DNA of 64,000 nucleotides from Lama glama. Lineage: Eukaryota. The position numbers and the translations under genes are program-made. Position 1 is the stretch's first letter. Each line of letters opens with the position of its first letter. The stretch covers positions 21,578,001-21,642,000 of the forward strand of contig CM052816.1 of assembly GCA_028534125.1 (NCBI GenBank). The letters are read 5' to 3'. Positions 12,346 through 25,599 of this stretch are shown piece after piece. The notes under the pieces were generated by a model. It worked only from the letters and a program-made list of their open reading frames with translations. It did not search any database and was not told the DNA's origin.

Positions 12346-15300
12346 CTGTGGACGGACAAGCCAGATGGCTGGGTATTGGTCATTATGTGGCCTTGCTGCA
12401 GGCTCTGCTCTAGACCCCTTCCAACCTCAAAACCTGGCAAAGGTGGCCCTGATGCCAGCGTGACCTGTGAGTGGGCAAGCTACAGGACTGGCTGACTTCC
12501 CACATGGGCTTGCTGGAGCCTCTGCTCTAAACACTCCCAACTCCAGCACCTGGAAGTCTGGTGGGATATGAGTGCATATGAGAGGGGCTTCCTCTGGGCT
12601 GAGACAGGTGGGGTGTCACTCTTGTAGCCTGTATACATAACCCAGGTCATGCAAGGGACACATAGGGTCATGTGCTCTCAAGTATATACAGAGTGTGGAC
12701 ATGCCACATATACCCTGCACTGCCCCTTGACCTGACATTCAAACCCTTAGCAACCTTGTCTTCCTCCCTGTTTCCTCTCATCCCCAACCCCCATATTCAC
12801 CTCCACCCACTCACACTCTATCCAGACTATCCGAATGTCCAGGGGATACTCACTCACTCAGGTAAATATCTCTCACCTCCACACTTATGCAGATGCTGTT
12901 TCCTCTACCTGAAACACTCTTTCCTGACTACCAGCTTACTCCTCCTCATCCTTCAGGTCTCAGGCTCTCAGCAGAGGCCATTTCCCCTGGGAGCCTCTCC
13001 CTTGGGGTCCACAGTATCCTGTGTACCCCCTTTACCACTCTGCTTCCCTAACATTGTTAGTGCCTCACTCTGTGTCACCACCTCTCCCAGGCAAGTCAAG
13101 GGCCATCTACTTCTAGCTGCCAATCTGCATTCCCAGGTCACAATTTTACCTCCCCTTCCTCTGCAGGACAGGCACTCATGCCACCCCAGTGCCACTACTG
13201 ACCTCAGAGTGTCCACATCTGGAGACTCTAATGCCAGTTCCTTGATGTGGGCCACATGAGGGTGGGGATAGGCTCACAGGAGGCCTGAGTAAGCATCCCA
13301 GGGGAATTCTGGCAACAGGGCATTCTTTACCCTGTCCCTGGTCCCAGCACAGCCCTTGGAAAGAGACTTCAGGCACCCTCATTCTTACCCAGCCTCTCTG
13401 GTGGTACCCAGCTGTAGCTCAAGAGCTCTCAGTGACACTGTCCCTACCGGGGTGGGAGTTCCTGGAAACCTAGCCAGGCTCAGCTTAGCCAGTTCTCTGT
13501 AATGAGTAGACAACACTGAGGTGCTGGCAGCTACTTGGCTGTAGTCCTGGTGTGGGCACTGCCAAGCTGACGTGCCCTGAAATAGGCAGCACCAAGGAAT
13601 GTTCTTCTGGAGCATGATACCCTCAGCCAACCAGCCCAGCATTAATGTTCACTTATAGGACATGGCTACCTACACAGGCCTGTCCTCCTGGGGGAGGCAC
13701 ACACTTGGCACCATCCCACCCTTCCCTCAAGGTCTTGCTCCAGGTCCCCTCTCCTTCATGGATTCCTGCTCTGTGACATGGTGTGGGCCCTGTGCTTTAG
13801 TTATAACTAGCTCATGGCAACCTCTTAACCATCTAGTGAGACAGAGGCTTGTTCTCATCCCGATTTACAGATGAAGAAAGAGAGGCTTGGGGGAAGGGAC
13901 ACCTTGCCCCAGTCCCCATGCAGGAGAGGAGTCTTTTTCTTCAGGGGGGTGGCTAGCTGCTGGATGATTCAGCCAGCACAAGGGGTACATTCAGGCCCCT
14001 GTGGGTGGAGGAAGTTCTTGAAAGCAGGGGTGGCTGGGACTCTGCCAGCTCTGCTAGCTGTGCTAGTTCTGGTCAGAGAGGGCATGGGGCCAGGAAACCA
14101 TGACTCTCCCAACTGCCTTTATATGCATTGTCTCAGTAATTCTCAAGCAAGCAAGCCTATTTCCTAGATAAGGAAACTGAGGGCCAGAGAAGTGCAGAAG
14201 GACACTCATTGATAAACAGTAGAGTTAGGATTTCAATCCAGGCCCGGGTGATTTTCTAAAAAAAGGGAGTGAGGGGAAAAGAGAGTGTCCCAGGTAGAAG
14301 GATCAGCATGTATAACGGCTCATCTGGGAGTGAGAGTAAAAGCAGGCTCCTGTGGCCAAAGCATCAATGATGAGGAGAGAGTGGAAAAGATGAAATCAGA
14401 GAAGAAGCAGGGACCAGATCTGGGGGCCTTGTAGGCCCAGATGAGAAGCTGGCATTTCTCCTGGGTGGTTGGCAACCATGGAGGAGTCTAAACAGGGAAA
14501 TCATGGACAGAGCTGAATTCAGGCTGATCCTTCTGGCTGCTGAGTGCAGGTTAAACAGACTGAAGAGAGAGGGAAGCAGAGAGGTCAGCTGGGAGGCTGG
14601 GCCATGAACCAGTCCCCTCACCTACAGCAGCTACATTCCCAGCCCCTGCGTCACTCTGCCCAGCCTAGATGCTGAGGTGGGCTGAGGGCCACAAAGTCGG
14701 GTGCCATGTGGTCCTGTACAGTTGTACAGGCACCAGACAGGCCTGGCTTCCCATCCCTGCTCTGCTTCTCTGGATACATTACCTTAGCCTCTCTGAGCCT
14801 CAGTGTCCCTATTCCATAATGTGAGGCCAGAGGGAGTCCTTTCTTTTAAAGGCTGTTGTGAGGACTTCTTGAGATAATCAGAGCAAAAAGTGCTGACAGG
14901 GAGTTGGGCACAGAACTAGTGGTGCTCATTCCAAGCACCAGTTTCTGGGGACCTGGTAGCAACACCATTAGGATGGGCCTGGAATGCTGTGGATGCTGGG
15001 GCAAGGCCAGTGCTCATTACAGTCTGTGGGGAAGGGATCCTGGAAAGTGTTCTTGGGGGTTCCCTGGGGCTTTGTGGGCCAAGGTTGCCCAGCCCCAGGT
15101 CTTTCAGGCAGCCAGCCTCCTCTCTGTCTGAGTATGGCTGTCCCTACTGGGTGGGGGAAGCCCCGTAAGCATGGGAGGGGTTAGACCTTGAGCCCCCTGG
15201 GTGAGGACACTCCCACACACCGTCAGTGTCTGTAGGCCTGCCCTTGATGTACCTGCTAGGCAAGCTGTGGCCTGTGCCTCCCCAGCCCCATAAATCTCCT

Positions 15301-15692
15301 AGAATCCCACCCAAACACAGGCTCAGCCATCCTGGCTCCTCGGGCCTGAGCTGATGCTGCGTGTCTTTAGGGGACTACAGGGGTGGGGGGATTCTTCCTG
15401 GCAAACTCTTTCCCAGCCTGCCTGCCTGCCAGGGGCCTGCATCTTGATCAGCTCCAAACAAGGCTGCCACTGCTGCTGCTGCTGCTGTGACGTGTGGAGG
15501 CCTTCCCTAGGCGGACAGGCAGCCGCGTGGGCAACAGATGTCTCTGCTCCCTGCCGCCTGCGGCCGTCAGCCGCCGCCACTGAGCCTGTCAGCGGCCTCA
15601 CGCCCAGGGTGCCTGGCCTGCTGGCTGGCCTAGCACCCCCACTAGCCTGTCTTGGTGGACACACAGCATAACACACAGGCAGACACAGATAG

Positions 15693-15711
15693 GTGCGCGC
15701 ATACGCACGCG

Positions 15712-15752
<41 letters not shown>
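15693..15752. repeat. (CG/CA)-mixed plus (CA)n alternating purine-pyrimidine microsatellite
   Basis: gtgcgcgcatacgcacgcgcacgc followed by (ac)18; 60 bp of unbroken alternation. Confidence 0.95.
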
Positions 15753-15754
<2 letters not shown>

Positions 15755-16929
15755 CAGCAGGGCTCCCTCAGGGAAGTGGGAGATGAAAGACTCCCGGAGG
15801 TGTTGAAGGCCCACCTCACTCAGCCCTAGGGACCTAGTGGCCGTGGGGTGAGGGCAGATGTGGGAATCCTCCCAGGACAGCTGGGCCTGCCTGTCACCCT
15901 GGCCCCCAGAAATGGGATTCCATGATTCCATGCTCCCAAGACTTGGAAAGAAATCTCTGAAAGCACAGCCAGCTTGGTCCAACCCCAAGGCAAGAGGTAG
16001 TGGAAGGGTGAGGGAAAGTGTTCTCCGTTCCCCTGACACAGGGCCCTGAACACCAGAGCAGCCTATGTTGGTGCAAGAGATGGCTCCAGGTCCCCTCCTC
16101 TCTTCCCTTCAGACTAGGAGCCCCTAAAGGCAGGGTCTGGGTTCTCTCATCTTCCATTCTCCAGGCTGAGACCCCCAGCAGCAGAGTCTGAGTCCCCTCT
16201 TCTGGTCCTTCAAATTAAGCGACCCCAAGGCTAGGACAGGATCTTGTCTTTCCAGATTGGACACCCCCTCTGACAAGGCCCAAGTCGTCTCCTCTGCTCC
16301 TCTGTCCTCCTCAGACTAGCCACCGCCCAGGGTTGTGCCCCATCCTCTTCCTCCTCTGTCCTAAGCGTGGGGCAGTGCTTGACACTGGAACCTTGAGGAA
16401 CTGGGCTGAGGCTATCCTAGCCCCTGGTCTGTGTCTTGGGTGGTGGGGTAGGGGGAGTCTCACGACTGCATCATCAAGTCTTCCCTCCCCCTGGAAGCCA
16501 AAAATTCCTCCTGGTTGCTTCCTTTTAGGATGACTGAGGTCACGGATGAGAGACTGACCAAAACCAGAGTGGGGAAGTGGATGGATCTCTCTTTTTTCAG
16601 TTTCAGAGAGGACTCCAGACCTCCTTGGGGTCGCCCAGCACTGCTGACAGAGACCCTTGATAGAGGAAGGGGTCTCTCAGTCATTTTGCCCTAAATCTTA
16701 AGGGTGGGTTTAGTCTGAGCAGCATTTCTGGGCCTCTGTATATCTGTCCAGACCCCTGGCCCATGACTACGGTCCTTCCCTGGCCTGCTGTGAGTCCCCC
16801 CAAATTAGGCCAGCAGGGAGGCTGATGTGTGAACTCTTGAGGGGGATCCTCCCAGGGATAGGGCAGGCAGGCCCGGAGGGAGTAGGGAGGGGGTTGGAGC
16901 GGTGCTGCTCAGCCTGGAAGCCTCCTCTA

Positions 16930-17620
16930 CAGCCTGTGGGTCACCGAGGCCAACCCTTGGCCTTCGAGCTTCCGGGACGTCGGGGATTCGGGTCCCAGGT
17001 GGACCGCAAGGACGGGGTCTTAAATCCAGGACCTCCCCTCCACCCCGTGGCAGCCGGACTCACCCGCGAGATGGTGAGGGGTACGCTGAAGTCCCGGCCG
17101 CCCACCAGGCGGAAGCCCCAGGGCGAAGGGCCGCGCAGGGTCACAGAGTGGGGCATCTCAGGCCGGAGCCGCAGCCGGAGCTTGAGCCGGACACTAAGGA
17201 ACAGCCGCCGCCGCCGCCGCCGCCTGGATGCCGCGCGCCGCGCCCCGCCCCCGGCCCGCCCGCCCCTGTACCCCCCTCCGCCCGGCCCCCGCCCCCGCTC
17301 CCCGCGCGCCGGGATTGGCCCCGCGGTGGACCCGACCCTCCCACTTCGGGGGCTCTGAGGGCCCGCCCCTCAGCCCCTGCTGCCTGCAGCCCAGCACCCC
17401 CACGGGGTTCTGAGAGACCCCCGGGCTGGGAGGGCCCCGACGTCCGGAATCCTGCCTCGGCCTCCGCTTTGCCCGCCGCGGACGCAGGCTGGCTGCGGAA
17501 GCTCAAGCCTGGCCCTTTGAAGTCGCTTCTACAGGGCGGCGCCCCAGCCTGGGGGAGGACTAGGGGGCAGAAGCAGCCCAGATGGGGGATGGGGCCGCGC
17601 CTTGCCCAGAAACCTCCTCT
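16930..17620. promoter_or_regulatory. PDLIM4: PDLIM4 CpG-island promoter
   Basis: Very high GC and CpG density around exon 1; several GC boxes at 17241-17300; CCAAT box on the minus strand (attgg 17314-17318); (GCC)7 at 17204-17224. Confidence 0.9.
17064..17156 (-). CDS. PDLIM4: PDLIM4 exon 1 coding part (PDZ N-terminus)
   Basis: ATG at 17156; encodes [37 protein letters not shown] donor; 93 nt. The seven exons sum to 996 nt = 331 aa plus stop. Confidence 0.97.
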
Positions 17621-20600
17621 AGGTCCTGGCAGGCAAACCTGCGCCCCACCCCTCGGTGCAAAGAGTCCTCTGAATAGTGAGCACTGATGGGGAGCCCTGG
17701 GCCTGAGCAGGCCTGGGCCAGCGACACAGACCCAGGATGACAGCGGGCAGCGGGAAGTATAGAAGTGGAAGCAAAAAGCTACCCAACCTCATTCGGGGAG
17801 GCCAGGACGGCTGTGTGAAAGAGGAGGCCCCTGACTTGAGTTTAGAAGCAAGGGGCCCTGTCTTGTCCTTCCAGATGTAACTGCTTCCCCAGGACGCTCA
17901 GGCCTTCTCCAGCTGCCCCCTCCTCCCTCCCAGGCCATCTCCCTGCGTGAGTGGCCCCCTTTCTTCCTTCCTTGCCAGGAGCTTTGTTTCCCCAGAATAC
18001 CTGGAAAAAGAGCAGCCAGGGTGGCTGGGATAGTGGCCCGTGCTACGTGTGAGGGACGTTAAATATCTAAGGAGAGTGTAATTATGGGCAGCCCTTCACT
18101 TGGGGCCCTCCATGGTCTTCTCTCCACTCTAAACCATCGTCTTCCAGGAACATCCCTGAAAAGCCTTTGCTGGTGCCATGGCCCCATCCATCTCTCTCTG
18201 GCTCTCCTGGATACTTTGGTCTGGCCACATCAGGGCAGCACTGTTTGCTGTTCTACACTCTGAGGAGGTCCCTAATTTAGTCATTCTTGACAACTCTGTG
18301 CCCTCTTGGCCAAGTTCTGCTAAGGATGCTGCCCTTGGGAGGCTTATAGGTTGTGGAGTAAGATGCATCTATGGGGTCTGTAATACCCCAAGAAGGAAGA
18401 TGCTTGAGAAGCACAAACTTAGGGTAGTCCAAGGAAGTGGGGATGCCCTTCAGGATGGAACATGGGTGCCTCTGGAAAGGGGCATGGTGCTGTCTATTCA
18501 GCTGGCAGAGAAACATGGGTGGTGGGTGTGGCAGTTGGGGGGGATGTTTGTGTGTGGAGGAGATGGTGTCCAGACAGCACCCAACTGGGCTCCCAACACT
18601 GGTGAGAGAGGAAGTTTATGCTCAGTTCCACAGAGACTGGGTCCAACATGGACAGAGTGGAAGGGCTAGCAGGAGAGCTGGTTGCTGGATGGTCTCTCAG
18701 GGGCCTTTAGGTCAGAGACTTCCCAGGACTTGGACCCCACTGAATGATGTGGAGTTTGGGGGCAACTATCACTATCACTGACTGTCCAAGGATTAGGTGT
18801 TCAGCATGGCTGGGTGGTCAGATGCTTCAACGAAACTCCAAGAGCTGTAGTAAATGTAAATTGTGCAGAGCTTTGTTGGGGGGGGGGACGTGGGGCCTCA
18901 GGAGTCTGTGGAAGTTCCTACCTAAGGCATCCCATAGTGGATTCCTGAAACTCCTCCTTAGACATGGCTTCCTTCTCCCAACTTATCCACCCCTAGGGAC
19001 TGTCAACCACCTCCCCCCACCAATCCTGAAATCCCTTCACTGTCTTCCTGTTTACTTCTATTTGTGGGGAGCGTATCAGCCCCCTCCAGAAGTGATACTC
19101 CTGAGTATGACTTTCCTAGCTCTTCAGCATCTGGGCATTGTAATCTTTCTCTGAAGGCTTCTCTCACCGGACTGAAGACAGGGGTGAGGTGGGGAGTGGC
19201 TCTTCTAGAATCCGGTGTGTAAACTTTCCCATTTCATGGTGTAGTTTCTGGGGTAGTTCTAGGGTCCAGGCCAGTCATCCCCCACTGTGGGTCCTTGATG
19301 GCATCCCTGACTTGAGAGGCCCACAGCTGATGGCACCCTCTCACTGGACACAGGTCTGGGCTGGGCTGTGCTCCTGGAGACTGGAAGCAGCTCTTCTTAG
19401 GGGCCACACAGTTGTCTTACTCCTGAGACAATCTGCGCCCTGGACAGCAAGTTAGCAAGCTGCTTCCAACCCATCCCCTGTACTCCCTCCAGGAAGCTCT
19501 CAGAATTTCCTTTTCATACTTGATGCCCTTGTTCCGGGGGAATTGCTGTATTGCTGAATCCCCAACATGGTGGAGCATCAAGTCATGGGACAATTACAGG
19601 GTCTGGAAGCCCTCTCCAAGGTGGGGATGGGGGAAGCTGGGTCATGCCTCAGTTCTGCCATAGTGGCCTTCACTTGTTTACTGTACACCCCACCAGACAT
19701 CTGTGCTGCTGGATATAACCAGACTGCTCACTTCATGTGTTCTTTACTCATTCAGCAAAAACATATTGAATACTTTCCTTATGCCATGGCCTGTACCTAC
19801 CCAGGGCTGAGATAGAGGCACCATGGAGACAGTGACTGTGTGTATTTTATTTATTTATGTTTCTCCAGCACCCACAGAGAGTCTGGCACACAAAGGGTGT
19901 TCAAAAACACTTGTTATTGACATTATTATTACTGTTATGGCAACTATTATCTCAGCTCACCTCTTAGGTTCAGCCCAGGGAGAGGCAGAGAGGACATGAG
20001 GGAGCCGGGGAGAGGGGGGACTTCTGCTCCTGCTGCCTTGGAGGCACACCCAGTGGCCGTGTCCTTTAGGGCTGTCCCAAGTAGCTCAGGGCAGTATGCC
20101 CAGGGCTGCTGTGTGCAGCCAGTTCAGTCCAAGGTCAGGAGAAACCACAATACTTTTTCCTTACCGGACTGGCATGCTCCAGAAGGAACAGATACCCTTG
20201 GGAGATGCCCTTGAGACTGAGCCTAGGATGAAGGAGAGGGAAGGGCTGGGACAGGAACAACCTCAGGCTGAGGGTAAGGCCAAGCCAGGGGACTGCCCAG
20301 ATTTAGAAGCAGCCCTGGGTGGGGTGTATAGTGAACTGCTAGATCAGCCAGATCCTGTGAGATGCTGGGGGTGGCCAGAGAGTGTAGACCCTGACCTGCT
20401 CCAACCTGGCCCAGTGGACACAAGTTTCTGGGTAGAGTCTCTTCCATTCAGGCCAAAACATCCCTCCTTGAAGGCCCAGCTTCCTCCCTTCAGCACATAG
20501 CCTGGATTCCAAGGGGATCTGAATCTTGATGGAGCAGTTCCTCTTCATGGGATGCCCACTCCACAGTACTGGCCACTCCAGGACCCCAGAGGGTAGCTAA

Positions 20601-23600
20601 AATAAAACCTGAGGAGCCCCCATTTCAGTGTAGCCTATGTGGCCCAGCTCCAGGTCTCATGGTGTCTGACCGCTGTGGGGTCTGCTCTCCCAGAGGCCTC
20701 CTGCTCAAGGCTAGGAGCCTGGGAGTCTGTAGGATGGAGAGAAGAGCAATCTGTGGCAGGGCTGGATGGGGAGGGGCTGTGTGGACCTTCTGCAGGGCCG
20801 GGACTTGGCCCTACAGTGATAGAGAGCAAGGTGGGCCTAGGCAGGGTTTGAGGGGCTCTGGAAGGCGTGGAGGCTGCCAGGGACATAGGGCACAGGCAAC
20901 ATCCAAAAGGAAAGTCTGGGATGTTATAGCCTTTGAGGCAGGTTGAGGGCTGATGCCTCACATTTCCTGGGATGACAGGACTCAGTCAAGGAGGCAACAA
21001 ATCTGGCCTTTGAGCTGTGTTTGGTGTAGCAGAACACACAGGGGAGAGCGTGCCTGTGACAAAAGGAGTTTCCCAGCTCTAGTTTTGTGCCATCTGATCT
21101 CTCAGCAAACACTTATTGAGTGCCTGCTGTGTGTAGCCTAGACCTGATTAACTAGACTTGGAGGTATGGTGGGGACTCCCCACATTGCCACGCCTTCTCT
21201 GGGAGCTAAGAGGCTAGAGGCTCTAGAGGGAACAATTCTCTCAAGGTCCAAACAGGGACAAGGCTGATTCTGACAATTGGAGCCTAGTTACTGGCCCTGA
21301 GCCAGATTCCAGGGCAGACAGAAAAGCAGAACCAGATCTCATTAGGAAACTGAGTCCTGGGAAGGCTGAGTGACCGCCCCAAGTTCACATAGCTCCTAAG
21401 GGATTGATCTGGGGTTTAGACCCTGCGTTGGTGATGTACTGCCATGCCCCTTGCACTAGGCACTAGATGTGTCTCAGTCATATGTGCAGTCTCCAACTGC
21501 AGCCCGTCAGTCTTGCTTTGTCTCTGTTTTCACAGAGAAAACCTGTCTGCTCTGGGACCCAACAAAGGGGCTGCCAGGCAGCAGGGTTGGGGCAGGTTTA
21601 CCCAGCTGGGCCCAGGGAGGCCCCAGCCCTGAGGCCTGGGAGTGGAGGGTGTTGGAAGGAGTGGAGGAAAGCAGCAGACAGGTGGGAGAGCCAGAGGCAG
21701 CTCAGCCAAGCCCAGGCAGGGAAGTGACAGAACAGGCCGTCAGAGGTGGCAATGAGGCCCATGTGATTGAGTGCTGTGCTAATGGGGCCTCAAGACTGCT
21801 GCTTACAAGGGCACCATGGTCTCGTCCCTGCCTCAAGGACATCCCCATGTTTACTCTCCCTCCCACTTCTCATTCTGGCCAGAGGGTTCAGGCAGCCTGC
21901 CCTAGACCACCCAGCCTCTGCTCACACCAAATGCCTCAGTTCTACCTGTGGCCCCAAAATAAAAGTCCAGCCCAGGAGTTTTCAAGTTTCCAGCTTCCCC
22001 TGGTAGTTGGAGGCTTCTGTTAGCCAGCCACACCTGTCCCTGCGCAGAGAAGGTGCCTCTTTTACAAATCAGCTTCTCCAGGCAGAACAGTAGAGGGATC
22101 CGGGAGCAACTGGACTGTGTGCTTGCTCTGTTCCCTGGTCAGTCTTGGCCCTGGCCTGACTGTCATGCTCTGGCATAAGCAGGGGTGCAGGATCCGTCCC
22201 TTCTCAGCTCAGGGACAGAGACATGGCTATCAGGTGCAGGGAAGGCTCTACCACAACTGCAGGGATGACAAAGAGGAAACAGGGTGCAGCCCAGGGATCT
22301 AATTACTGGGGCTTCTGAGACACACAGCACTATTCATCTGTCAGCTTAGTACTCACTGCCTGGGCCTGGACTCCTGGTATGCCCTGCCCCAGTCCACACT
22401 TCCACAAACACTCACATTTAGCAGTGACCTAGCCAGGACATTCTGGTCTCTTGGCTGAGGACCGGCCTCCTCTTGCTGACCTCTAGAGCTGACAGTCAGG
22501 CCACTCAGAGAGAGCTGGAGACATCCAGGCCACTTCCATGTTTCTAGACTCTCAGTAAAATAATAATGGAAGAAATGTGAAAATAGTATTTTAAGAATCA
22601 TGGCATATGTTATTTACACTTTTGTGCATTTATGCAACAAATATTGTGGAGAGCGTTCTGTGTGTCAGGCACTGTTTTAGGCCAGAGTATTGAACAGGTG
22701 AATGTTGGTAACACATATACAAAATGTTCAGCCTCACTTGGAGATAACCTCAAAGATTTCAGTTCCAGGCTTCCTTGCCCTTCTTCTCAGGATGAACCTT
22801 CCCAGCCCTTGTCCCCCATAATTTTCTCACTGGGATAGATTTGGCCTCTGTCCCTTGCTCCCAAGGGGTCATAGGAACCATGATGAGATTGGTGAAGACG
22901 GCGAAGGCTTCCTCAGGAGTCCTGGGAACATAGGTCTGTCTCCAGCCTGTCTTCCCAACCCCATCCTTTCTATCTCTAATGGCCGCCCTCTCCCCTATGG
23001 CACCAGCAACTTCACTCACAGACTGGTCTTGGTGAAGTGCCCTGCCCAGTGGTGCCCAGCACTGCCAAGCGGTGCCTGTGGTGCCTCTAGTGGCTGAGTC
23101 ACAGGCTGGCAGGAACTGCTCAGGCTGACCTCACCTCCGGGTCTGGCTACAGGACACCCCAGCTGTGGCCACCTGGTGTGAGCCTGGCCGCCCATGTTGC
23201 TGGGAGAGTGTGGCAGAGCTGTGCCACCAGAATGCAGCAGATGCCAGCTGGCGCTGCGGTGTGGGAATCCAGGTGCAGGGGGCCACAGGGATTAGAGCAG
23301 GAAGAGCCAGATACAAGCTTGCAAGGGTGAAACTGGGCTGAGTCTGCTCCAGGCCCATGGGGTGAATGGGCTGGAGCAGGACCCATGAGTCAGCCTCATG
23401 TTCTGGGTGGCTATTTTTTGGCTCCCAAGAATCTTCAAAAAATCCTTTCCTACTTACTTTCCCTCCCAAGGCTTTCCCTCTTACTTACTTTCCCTCCCAA
23501 GTTCACTGTAGACCCAGACTCAGCAGTGGGAAGTGGGCAGAGCCCTCAGTGTTGGTTGGGGGGAGCTCCTCACACCCTACATCTCTTATACCCGCCCACA

Positions 23601-24179
23601 AGGGAAAGAGTGTGTTTGTGACTTGAGCCCCCACTGAGAGGACACCTGATCGGATTGTTTCTGCCTGTGAGATCATCAGACTTGTGGGAAGGCAGCCTTG
23701 CCTGAGGAATGAGGGAGGGAGGTCTTGGGGGTGAAGGGATGCCTCTACCACATGAGAAGCCAGGATTGCTCCAAGAGAATGTATAATAAGCATTCTGTGC
23801 ACTGACAGTTAAACAAGAACTGCCTCACCTCAGGGGAGAGGAACAGAAGATGGCGGGTCTGGACTAGATGTGCTCTGTGCTGGAATGGGCCCTGCCCAGG
23901 ACTCTGGGACTCGAAGGCCCTGAGGAGTAGCTGCATCTAGGATTAAAACAGGCTAACCACAAGGAGCTGTGACATTGGGCATTCAAGCATGAAGCATTGT
24001 TGGCCCAGAGAAGAGCACAAGCATTCCTCTCAGAGGCTGTGGTGTTCCAGAGCCAGAGCAAGATGGAGAGCTTCCACAATTATTGTGCAGATCTATTTAT
24101 TATTCTAAGACCACGGCAGCCCCCCTACAAAGAAAGATCCATTTAATTTGTGAACATAACAAAGTGGCTTCTATTGTGT

Positions 24180-25560
24180 GTTAAAGTAGTTACCCACATG
24201 GGAATTTTTCTGGGATTGCAAGCTTGATTTAACAGTATAAAATCCATTGATGAATAGATTAAAGAGAAAAAAAGGAACACTGTGATCATTTCAAAAGGCA
24301 TTTGATAAAATTCATCAGCCATTAACAGTAAAAAGTTGGAAAATCTTGAAGAGAAGGACGCATTCTTAACATTTTAAATAACATGTACTGGAAACCAAAT
24401 GCCAATATTGGGCATAAGACCCTGAAATTCCCATTAATATCAGGACCCAAGCAACGTCCCTTTCAGTCTATTATGCAGTGTTGCTTTGGAGGTCCCCACT
24501 AGGACAGTAGGGTGAAAAAAAAGAAATAATGAATAAGTAAAATAATAAGTAATGGAAAAAGCAAAATGGTCATTGTTGGCAAATGTTACGGTTTTGCCTT
24601 CATAAAATCCAGGAGAATCAACTGAAAACTATTATGACCAGTAGGGGGATCCAGTCAGATGAAGCAGAATGAGGTATATTCATATCTGTATACAGATTTT
24701 AATAGCTTTTAAAAGTGTTAAGTCACAACTAACTTAAAAATGTGATATAAACAATTTACCATTCACAGTAACAGTGACACGAGAAATACTGAGAAACTCA
24801 CTTAGAACACATGGAAGGCATATAAGATTTGCATGTAGGATAAATACAAAAGAAGACAAAATAAATAGAGGCATATGTCATGTTCCTGGAAAATGGAATA
24901 TTTAAGTTTATTAATTGATAAATTTAATGCAATTCCAATGGAAATTAATTTGGGTGAAGGGAAATGGCGAGATGATTCTAGGATCAACTGAAAGAGTAAA
25001 TAAGGACAAAAACCAGAAATTTGTCCAATAGGCATTAAAATATGTGATAAAGCTGAAGTCATTAAGAGTGTGGTGGCAGTACAGGAAAAGACAAATATGT
25101 CAGTGGAACAGAAGAGTTCATAGCATGTGGTAAAGGATACATCTTAATTCAGAGGTTAAATAGCTTATTCAAAAAATCATGTTGGGGCCATTTTTTATCT
25201 ATACAAAAATGTATGGTTATAATCCTATACACTTCTCCATACTATAAAATGACTTCCAAATTGATTCACAAACTATGTTTCAATATTTCCAATATAAGTG
25301 TTTTCATTAAACTGCTCATATACTCAAATACAAAAAGGGCTGATAGAAAATGTAGATAAATATTTTATAATAAACATCCTTTTCATCAAGATAAATACTT
25401 TAAATATGTCTTTCTGTTACATGTAGATAAAAAAAATCAAAGAACTGTACTGTAAGCTATTGATATTTGTTGCTGGTGATAGTGTTTCAGGACATTTACA
25501 TTTTCTAGGTTACATATTTCTACAGTGTTTTAATTTTATATAAGTAAACTTGTATTTGTA
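24180..25560 (+). mobile_element. Ancient L1 (L1M-type) ORF2/3' fragments
   Basis: A-rich strand with recognisable L1 ORF2 phrases (aaggcatttgataaaattca, catgttcctggaaaatgga, ataaatttaatgcaattccaat); no intact ORF; bounds approximate. Confidence 0.7.
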
Positions 25561-25599
25561 ACTAGAAAGATAGAGATAATAAAAAGGAAAATAAAGACA

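Noticed and set aside
16825..17687. Long Pro/Arg/Gly-rich ORFs (177 and 261 aa)
   Set aside because: Stop-codon scarcity in the PDLIM4 CpG island.
23079..23094. CTCF-like GCCACTAGAGGCAC on the minus strand
   Set aside because: One base short in the G-rich core, so a poor match.
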